DNA from: Eledone cirrhosa
Taxonomy: Eukaryota
NCBI GenBank assembly: GCA_964016885.1
Contig: OZ024745.1
Span: 76,570,001-76,634,000, forward strand
DNA length: 64,000 bases
Reading direction: 5' to 3'
Shown here: positions 54,486 through 64,000 of the stretch, in pieces
Position numbering within the stretch: the stretch's first letter is position 1
How the letters are laid out: each line of letters starts with the position of its first letter
Made by a program: the position numbers and the translations under genes
The notes under the pieces: generated by a model
What the model was told of the DNA's origin: nothing
Databases searched by the model: none
The model's input: the letters and a program-made list of their open reading frames with translations, nothing else

Positions 54486-54667
54486 TAACTGTTTCTACTT
54501 TAGGCACAAGGCCAGCAATTACCCAGTGCATTACTGGTACTTTATTTTATCGACCCCGTAAGGATGAAAGGCAAAGTCAACCTCGGCGGGATTTGAACTC
54601 AGATCGTAAAGGGACGTAACTATACTGGAAAGCATGGCGTCCGACTCTCTACCGATACTGCCAATCC
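54486..54667 (-). mobile_element. Nin-domain SINE (same subfamily as 53101)
   Basis: A and B boxes, core and tail on the minus strand. Confidence 0.9.
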
Positions 54668-54807
54668 AAAATAACAAAATGTAATTACATTTTAATCGAA
54701 ATGTCTCGCCATATGAAGAAAGAAACAGTTTCACTTCAATTTTAATTTTACAACCAGATTAGGAAAAACACTCTATAATTGTATAACATCTACTGTATAT
54801 ATATATA

Positions 54808-54917
54808 TATTCTGAGGATTTGATCAGAGGTAAACACTGTATTTAAGGTCGAGTGACGCAACTTCGACTGATTAGCGGCCTTTAGACTCACTTGATCAAT
54901 GAAATAATTGTTAATAC
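54808..54917 (+). ncRNA. Hammerhead candidate with an 82-nt stem II domain, in a Penelope-like end (to 54969)
   Basis: tatt CTGAGGA t-ttgatca...tgatcaa-t GAAA taattg TT aata. The paralogue at 2815 has GAAA caattg TC. Confidence 0.5.
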
Positions 54918-54964
54918 TTGAAATAAAGTCCCTTGTACAGCTGACCATGTTATTCTTCATTCTC

Positions 54965-55027
<63 letters not shown>

Positions 55028-55042
55028 ATAATAATATATAAT

Positions 55043-55073
<31 letters not shown>

Positions 55074-55088
55074 ACAATAATATATAAT

Positions 55089-55119
<31 letters not shown>

Positions 55120-55185
55120 ATAATAATATATAATATATATATATATATAAATATATATATATATAATAATATATAATATATAATA

Positions 55186-55343
<158 letters not shown>

Positions 55344-55575
55344 GTCTCTTGATCTGGGAGAAATAACTGTTAAAGCTCTTCTCAAAGAACTCGATAATCC
55401 CTTAAAAAGGACAAATTTCACTTTGGATAAGTTTGATATTCTACGTCCGAATAAACAAACAAAGAATGATCATGGCTGGAACATAGGCTTGCTGGATCAG
55501 GATAGAAGTGTGACCAAATAGAAAAAAAAACACAGTTGTGAAATACAGATACATCATGTACTATAATACTTTCAG

Positions 55576-55650
55576 TACACAAATTACGTAAACGAATATA
55601 AATGCAACATTGTCGCATTACCACTACACTATTGGCTTCAAAAATATTAA
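55576..55650 (+). CDS. Candidate terminal host exon (YTNYVNEYKCNIVALPLHYWLQKY*)
   Basis: TACTTTCAG acceptor; phase 0 is compatible with 52980-53069; no homology recognised. Confidence 0.2.
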   Translation, partial: YTNYVNEYKCNIVALPLHYWLQKY

Positions 55651-56429
55651 TGTCCCTCCCAAGAAACCCTTTGAAACATTCACTACTAATGCATATAATT
55701 TTAATCTCTGAAATAACATCTATTGAATGCGTCAATACCTAACACATTCTATCTAACGCATCCCAACCCTTTAAAAATAACTGATGATAAATGCTTTTAA
55801 ATTGTATTAACGCAATTCTATCATTCACAATTTTTATTTTTATTTATTTATTTTTTGTTTGCATTAGCCAGTTGCAACGGATGACAATAGCAACTTTAGA
55901 TGATAATATGGCCATATGGATTTTAAACACCGATTGAAAAACGTGTCTAAAAGAAGCCAATAACCACAACGAAAACAGAAAAGGAAAGAAACATTAAGAA
56001 TATGAAACTTAAAATCGTATTTCTATACATCTGAAAAAAAAGATCTTTACATTTTATACACACATACACATGCATACACATACATATGTTCATATATTCT
56101 ATTGATACGGCGCAAACACTTGCGATAGATTTTATAATATATATTTGATTTATATTTAACTGTACGAAACACAATTTTCATAAAATTTCTTCTCGTTTAA
56201 CATCAATTTACATTGATTTTTTCCAATATGGCTCTTAAGATATATTAAATAAATGCTAAGTAGGTTTCGATGGGCGCATATTTTATAAGTAATTGATACA
56301 TTGATACATTTTTATCTTCTTTAATTGAAAGCTCGAACGACGAACGAGATTTTTGTCTACTGTGCATGACTTCAATTTAAAAAAACCCGGCTATTATTCT
56401 TTCGCTACTCCCTGTAAAATCTCGAGAGT

Positions 56430-57645
56430 TATGCCTCTCTTCTAGGGAGGGTGATGTATCCATTGGATAGACTATGGGCTGCCGATCTATAGTACCCAGA
56501 ATTGCAGCATCTACATGAGAACCTCTGTTCAGGAGTTCTGAAAAGTGATCTCTCCATCGAGTGGTGTTTTTGTCCATAGTTGTATGTAGGCCAGTGCTAT
56601 CTTTTGTCCTCATAGTTGTGATTCTTGTCGAATTGGGCCCAAATGCTTGTTTTATTAGGTTATATAGCTCTTTGCTATTTTTTGAATCAGCAGTAACCTG
56701 TTTCTCTGCTGGAAGATTCGACCATCAGGTGTCCTGCGTTTTTCGCGGTTTGCTCTGTGCCTCAGCCTTAGCTTGCTTAAACTCATCCTTTAGATGTTTT
56801 CTCTGTACTTCTGATAGATCTTTCTGCAAGAGACTGCTACGTATATTGTTCTTGCTGGCAAGAATAGCACTTATTGCTCGGTCATTTTCTCTAAACCATT
56901 CCCGAGATTTGACCAAAACTGTGCTCACAATATCATTAGTGGCATTGTACAATTTAATTACAGGTTTCCTTCCATGGATTTAGATATGTTACTGTTCTGA
57001 GTCTGTCCCACAGGAAGGCTTGTGTATCTGGAGAGTGGCGCTTAGCAACATCAAGACGCTTGGGAAGCTTGACTGTCTTACGTGACCGAGAAGGAGACTT
57101 AATGGCCAAACGCATCTTTGATCCAACAAGGGGATGGTCTGTCCAGCACTCTGCACCATGGAAGGAACGAACATTGCAAACATCTTGCATGTCACGTTTA
57201 CTGACGATCTCGTAGTCCAGCAGATGCCATTGCTTAGACTTTGGATGCATCCATGTAGTTACACTGTTGCCTTTGGATTGGAATTGTGTGCTGGAAATAG
57301 ACAGCTTAAATTCAGAGCACAGTTAGAGCAGGAGTAAACCCTTGTCGTTTACCTTACCCACACCAAGTCGCCCAAGGCAACTCCATGTCTGCCAATCCTT
57401 GCCACTTTGGCACTGAAGTTATAAGAAGGATAATCTTGTATGAATTGGGAATAGATTGCAGTAAATTTTGGAGATCTTCGTAAAACCGGTACTTGACATC
57501 CTCAGTACCCACGAGGGTAGATGCATAGATGCTGATCATGGCAGCGTATCTACCTTCACTTAGATAGAGACAGAGTCTCATGATTCTATCGGCGATACCA
57601 CGGGCAACTCACATTGCTCCGAGACCATGGTGTTACGGATTGCGA
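56430..57645 (-). pseudogene. RTE-clade (BovB-like) LINE remnant, APE domain and linker
   Basis: IISIYA-like motif with FYEDL, MHPKSKQWHLLDY, GAECWTDH and RWRDHFSELLN; frameshifted. Confidence 0.85.
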
Positions 57646-58649
57646 ATTATAAAGAAAGTGAACCATAACCTGCTGATTTGGTTGTAAAATTTATATCGCT
57701 TGTATTCCAATGTCAACATGACAATACCCTTGTCCTGTATTCATTGCTATGATATTAATTCTCCAATAACCCTATTCGGTCATCCTTGTGTAATTATGGA
57801 TGTTATCCGGTCTTCATGAAGGAATGCATTCAGTTCGACTATAAGGAAATAAAATATTTAGCGATATATAGCAACTTAGCTGAGTGACTTTTAGCGGCGT
57901 ACCCGAACCATGGATTCAATCCCATACTGTAAATAGTAGGAATTGTCGACGCCACAATTGAGGTTGGGGATATACACAAAATATCAAGAAACCTTTTGAT
58001 TTACTCCATTGTTATGATTAGGAAGCAACATATCGTGGTACCAAAGAAGAGAAAATACTATTTTTTGAGATACCTTTCAAAATACTAACTAAGAGATGAA
58101 AACTAAATTTTCATGCTACGGGGCATTTACTAATTGTCAGAAACTACGGTTCCACCTATTACTAAGTTTTCGGACAAAGCAGCAAAATAAGAATATTAAA
58201 ATATATTTTGCTGTAAAATGTTGTAAAAACCCCAAGCTAGTAACATCGCCATATAAACAAAGAAGTATAACAGAAAATAATCAACTGGAAATTCTGACAC
58301 AATCACAAAGCAGTCTATAAAGGCTTGAGCGAACAATTAATAGAAATCACGGAAGCAGCTCAGTGGGGTGTTGGAAATGTTTTCAAGAAGATTGTAGAGT
58401 GAAGAAACACACATACACAGATAATTTAACAATTGCCTCAACACCTATGCAATACAGCTGAGAGAAATCTGAGATGAATGATTGTCTTAAAAAAAGAAAT
58501 ATACAGAAATCAAACCAAAATATACAAAAATGCAGTCAAAGTTTTCTTACAGACAGAAGTAATTGCACACACCCACACAAACACACACAGACACACACAC
58601 TCACACACGCACACTCACACACGCACACTCACACACTTACACACACATG

Positions 58650-58681
<32 letters not shown>

Positions 58682-58774
58682 GTTTTTCAGTGAATTACTG
58701 GTGATGGTACCCATATAAGCACTCAATGCACAAGCCTAGTATATATAAGAAAAAACGATGAAACGATGAAGCTT

Positions 58775-58860
58775 CGTTTACGCGTTTCGCAGATGGTTGG
58801 CTCAAGGTCACCTATGGAAGCAATGGACCCGACTCCAGCATTGATCTGCTCATAAGACTT
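58775..58860 (-). ncRNA. Degenerate hammerhead with long stem II, between TA runs
   Basis: Minus strand reads CTTATGA gcagat...atctgc GAAA cgc GTA. Core G5 is mutated and stem I is poor. Confidence 0.45.
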
Positions 58861-59095
58861 ATATATAGTATAGTTACAAACAAATTTAAAAGTTTAAGAC
58901 ACTTAATTACTGATAATTGTTTCATCCAAAGATGTAATTGATAACTTATAAATGATGAAAAACATTTTCTTTCGGTAACTACAGGCATTTTACTAACTAT
59001 AATACATCTACTCAGAATAGAGCTAGAAATATATTAACAGGAATTATAAGGTCTATTATCTCTTAGTATGTAGAGTTTAAAAAAATATTATTTTT

Positions 59096-59296
59096 TGGCA
59101 GTATCGGTAGAGCATCGGACACCATGCTTTGCGGCCCTTCACGTTATGAGTTTAAATCCGGCTGAGGTTAGCTTTGCCTTTCATCCTTACGGGGTCGATA
59201 AAATAAAGTACCAGTAATACACAGGGGTCGATTTAAACGACTTTCCCCTCCCCTTCAAATTTCTGGCCTTGTGTCAAATGTAGAAACAATTATTTT
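59096..59296 (+). mobile_element. Nin-domain SINE (long variant)
   Basis: A and B boxes, core, the GGGGTCGATTTAAACGAC segment and the tail. Confidence 0.85.
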
Positions 59297-60121
59297 TGAA
59301 ATATAATAAAAGAACATTAAATTTCACAGAAGCATACAATGGTAATAAGTATATCTATAATAAAATGAAAGTCTGATGACTAAAAATTCTTCAAAAAACA
59401 TAGTTACAGAGGAGTAAACTACATTTTGACTGAGGTATTGGCTATAACAGTGAATGAGGTTAACAATTATATGATGCTATTAGGCAGAATATTACACCTA
59501 AGTTATGGGGAAATACTTATAATGATAGATACTTATATAAAGAACGTGGGATTTTTATAATTTGATTTTGACAATTATTATGCATTAGATTCCTCTATCC
59601 TCCCAAATAACGCACTATTAATGATTTTGGACCACACTAACATAATGTCAATATCCTCTGTGAAATTATAACAGTACTGTGATTGGAATTCGACCCATTC
59701 GATTAACTCTGGACTGTTTATTACCTATCTTCTGTACTATAAAATCATATTGAGCTTTATATTTTCCTAGCTTTTATGTGGTTATATGTCTGTGTGTGTA
59801 GATAGATGAGCGCGTGTATGTGTAGTATGTTGTACTTGCGTATTTATCGTTTAATAAGTTTTGGTTCCCGTAATTTCTAGGAACATACATTGTACCATTG
59901 CTACTTCTAATTGAAAAAAAAAGCTAGCCAAATATAATGAGAATAGGGATTGTTTTGAAACAAATTACATGGGTTCATGATCAATTAATTCAATGGGTGT
60001 GTTTGTTATTATGAAGTGGGAAGACCCATTTTAAAGAATTGAAATGGAAAATTTAATACACACACATGTACACACTCATAACCAACTTACCTCAAAAATA
60101 AATATATACATACACACCCAC

Positions 60122-60227
<106 letters not shown>

Positions 60228-60299
60228 AGAGAGGCAGAGAGAGAGAGTGTCGGGACTCGATGGCTGAGTTCTTGCCATTTCAACAGTTAGTCCCAGACT

Positions 60300-60830
60300 A
60301 TTTCCTAGCACAACTTAGGAGTGTTGAAATCATTCTACTCCCGTCCTGTTGTAACCAGGGATTGGTGAAGGTCGGGTAACTCTCGTGCCGCCCACAATTG
60401 CCAATATTTGGCTCGCAGCGGCTGTCCTCGCAGACGTTGAGGACAAAATAACGACACTAGAGGCCTACAGAATCAAAAGATAGAAATGGTTGGGAACGGG
60501 GATATGGCTTCTCATCTAAACGGACTAAGAGTGTTTCGAGGCCATCTCCGATATTATCGACCTCGTGAACGGCACCCGCTTTCCCATAACTGTGGAAGAT
60601 AGAAAATCCGAAAGCCGATCTTGTGACGGAAAACCTATTTCAAGGCTCACTGCCCTCAAATAAAACAAAAAGCAGTGGCCTCATTGAATAAATCAGCAGT
60701 AGCAGTAGCATAAACGGTACCACAAGCAGCCACATACTACATTAACAACTGCAGCACACACAGCACAAAACACGCCAAGACAAACATCAGTGCCAGCGAT
60801 AACAACGACACCGACAACATGCCCTTCCCC
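60300..60830 (+). pseudogene. Tx1 ORF1 remnant
   Basis: SVEIILLPSCCNQGLVKV..VPPTIANIWL aligns with SDDFTLVPSYCGQRLVKIRVTHIPPAIEILWL in the 23505-27434 element. Confidence 0.65.
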
Positions 60831-61589
60831 GTGAAAGATGATCAAAGGGACGTGAGGAAATCCAATCAATATTTTTGAACAGGTTTGACGATTGTTATTC
60901 TCCTGAAAACAGCAATGCCTATCTTATATAATCTGCCAATGTCTTTATACAAATGGTTTTGCAACCCTCCTCTTATGTCGGTAACAAATGGGATGACACC
61001 TTAACTGCCTTAACATCTTTTTTATAATTCAACAGCTAGGTCGGTGAAATTCTTTATATTTACAGCTCGCTTCTGCTTAACATTACAGTAATTTGGTATT
61101 ATTATGCCGATAATTAGTGTGCTATTGTCATTTTTATCATGGAAAAATGATATCAGGCTTATGGGATATCTAGTTCTCTGTATGTATGCTAAATGATTTA
61201 ATTTCTTGTGAGATTTTGGTGCTGCTGATATAATCGATTTACTACAAGTTCATCAATGCTAGTCAACAAAAGCACGTTGCTGGCCTTTTTGGAAGTAGAA
61301 AGGGTAGTGAGAAATATTTAGAAACTGCATATATTTTGCTTCTTGATGCCCAGTAATCCCTACCAATTTCTCTTCCATTGAAGTACTGTCGCTAGGCTTC
61401 AGACTTATGTACTATTTGGTGTTTTTATATTATGTTTCTAGGGAATTTAGGACTGTTTCTCTCCACTTCATTCCTATTGTGCCAAATGTTATAGTTGTCA
61501 CAGGTAGTATTCTCATTGTTGATATTATGGAAGACCTGATAGAGCGTCGATTAAAATACCGTTGCGGTGTTTGTTCTTGCTCTTTATAT

Positions 61590-61738
61590 TCTGAGTTCAA
61601 ATCCCACTGAGGTTAGCTTTGCCTTTCATCCTTACGGTGTCGATAAAATAAAATACCAGCAATTCACTGGGGTCGATTTAATCGATTTTCCCTTCTCCCA
61701 ACATTGTTGGCCTTGTGTCTAAATCAGAAACCAATATT
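61590..61738 (+). mobile_element. Nin-domain SINE (long variant, truncated)
   Basis: B box, core and tail. Confidence 0.85.
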
Positions 61739-61744
61739 AGTATT

Positions 61745-62290
61745 GTGGTTGGTGGAGTTTTGACTTTGGCGTTCTATAAAAGGTTAGTGTCTGATAAATG
61801 CGACAACTTACTCGTGGAGATTCTAGGTGACAACAAAAATAACTGACTAATATTTTCGTGAGGACTTTTAGTCGAGAGTTCATTGATAATTTACAGAGAT
61901 GTCTGGCCTGACAGTACTACTGAGCGTACATTTGGGATAAACTCTACAGGGATTGAGGTACTGTCATCCAAGTCTGTCCGAGATGCAGGGTGATGAAACT
62001 AATTTACACGTACTCGTTCAGCGGATGGCCATTGCAGACTTGTGGAGTTATGTTGAACAGTTGCTTTTACAGGTAGGAAGGGTCTGTTATCAATAGAGAC
62101 CATTATAAAGATCGTCTCACCGCCTTCCTTTCGCCAAGAAGGGCAGATAGATTCATTTCTATTGTCCATGGCAAAAGCGGTTGTGTGGAAGATAAGATTG
62201 AAAAAGCTGAAAACAGACACTTTCTTCTTCAGCCAAGCTCTCACAAACATTTGCATGTTTCACTTGAAATTGAGATATGAGGATGATGTG
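61745..62290 (+). pseudogene. Tx1 ORF2 C-terminal remnant
   Basis: LAFYKRLVSDKCD and IKIVSPPSFRQEG..MAKAVVW..LKTDTFFFSQAL align with 41000-41580 (minus strand). Confidence 0.75.
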
Positions 62291-62324
62291 CTGCTTTCCA
62301 GGAAATTCGATGATATTTAATATT

Positions 62325-62440
62325 TAGACTTGAATTCTCCATTTGCTTATCCGTTTGAATTTTCATATCCCATAATACTTTTTCATTGTTGTTTTCAAAA
62401 ACATATTCTAGTTTATGGTCACACTCCATCTTTGTGTGTT
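62325..62440 (-). pseudogene. Short Dong/R4 RLE-region remnant
   Basis: HKLEYVFENNNEKVLWDMKIQTDKQMEN. Confidence 0.6.
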
Positions 62441-62741
62441 CAAAGAAAGATTTAGATTCTACATAGTTGCTCAAACGTTTAAAAATAGATAAGTAATTGC
62501 TCACATAAATTTCTTGAAAAAGAAAGAGCATGTTAAAAATGACTGGATGATCACAGATGGATCGCCTTTGATCATTGATCTGATGGATTAGGTCAGATCT
62601 AAACACCAATAAAAACGATGATCTTTTCGTTTCCACTCACTAGGTTATACTCGTGAAGGAGCACATAGTAATGTGTAGACATTTTATCATAGCAGTCTTA
62701 GTTTACTTTGTGGTAAAATTTAAATATAACAGCTTCTGTAG

Positions 62742-62822
<81 letters not shown>

Positions 62823-62842
62823 CCACCACTACTACTACTACT

Positions 62843-63400
62843 GAAATATTTCACATTATTTTATAGTTCCATTAATGAACTGTTGAACTGTGCTTGCAAC
62901 TTCCTAACTCACCGTATTTTTCTGGTCCAGTCATAACAGGTACAAATGATAACAGGTACAAATGATAACAGGTACAAATCTAAAGGTCTAGTCAGGATGG
63001 CGTATCTGCAAATTCATCATTAGTTCAGTATAAATGTTCTCCTTTTCACTAACCTTTAGTATTATATTTACATATACTGGGCAGCTAATTTCCACTAGTG
63101 TCTATGCCTTCTTTTCGCTGACCCATGTCACTATGTCTGGTCTGTTATGTTTGCATTTTATTGGGGTTTTGGCTAAAATACGCGACCAGTACTCGTTTAT
63201 ATGTATGCATATGCCCTCCAAATTACTGTAACATTTTAAACGTTTATTCTCAGGACTATTCTTTCTACGGATTGCATTGTATAGTGTTTTGGTCATTACA
63301 TCATGCGTCAGAGGTATGTATGTCTGTATGTACGGATCGATGTGTGTATGACAGTAAATATCAGTCATGCTGAAGTGTGAAGCATCGAAGAAACTTTCCT
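62843..63400 (-). pseudogene. RLE-type (R4-like) LINE 3' remnant from a third family, ending at (TAG)n
   Basis: Y..THDVMTKTLY..KCKHNRPDIVTW..LVEISCP..EKENIY..FVPVI. A 16-bp unit is triplicated at 62932-62979. The (CTA)n tract lies at 62743-62842. Confidence 0.65.
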
Positions 63401-63752
63401 TACTATGTTTTACTCGTTACTCTTTTCCCTGTATTGTATATATGTCTAAACAGAAGTCTCTAGAATGTTAGAGATGTTGAAAGTATCGATTTCCTATCAC
63501 GCACTGTACATATATCATATTTTCTTCTTTTTTCGTTTTTTTTTTCTTAATTGCTTTGTTTGCTGATATGTTTATTTGTGTCTCTTCTTCTTCTTCTTCT
63601 TCTTCTTCTTCTTCTTCTTCTTCTTCTTCTTCTTCTTCTTCTTCTTCTGTGCACTGAGTCTGTTGACATGTGTGTTGACATGTGTGTTGGTGTGCGTGTG
63701 CGTTTAGGTGGATGTTTATGCGTATGCAAGTATGAGCTAATGAATCAATGCG

Positions 63753-63992
<240 letters not shown>

Positions 63993-64000
63993 TATATATA

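Overview
This is AT-rich, microsatellite-saturated animal DNA with no intact host gene that I can recognise. The SINE content (tRNA-head SINEs with a Nin-type core, plus CORE-type SINEs) suggests a coleoid cephalopod, probably an octopod; that is inference. Most ORFs in the supplied track are microsatellite artefacts. (1) 1-23 kb and 50-64 kb hold (TA)n/(CA)n arrays studded with short Penelope-like 3' ends carrying hammerhead ribozymes (one complete type I hammerhead at 4360-4433). They also hold a recurring non-coding unit, (TA)n | 60-90 nt tail | long near-perfect hairpin | (TA)n, built from several unrelated sequences; two copies of one family have flip/flop loops. (2) 23.5-49.6 kb is a nested retrotransposon pile-up in (TAA)n tracts: three Dong/R4 family-A copies, one near-intact and two truncated Dong/R4 family-B copies (+ strand), and two Tx1/L1-clade elements (- strand) joined to the same repeat in the opposite polarity. 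(3) Older CR1, RTE, Tx1 and R4 remnants are scattered throughout. Best leads: sense-strand A-to-G clustering in the most intact Dong-A copy (a possible genomic fossil of ADAR editing); the (TA)n hairpin-tail units with loop inversion; and an (ATT)n-associated Tx1 whose 3' end resembles the tail of the dominant SINE. All alignments and counts were made by eye.
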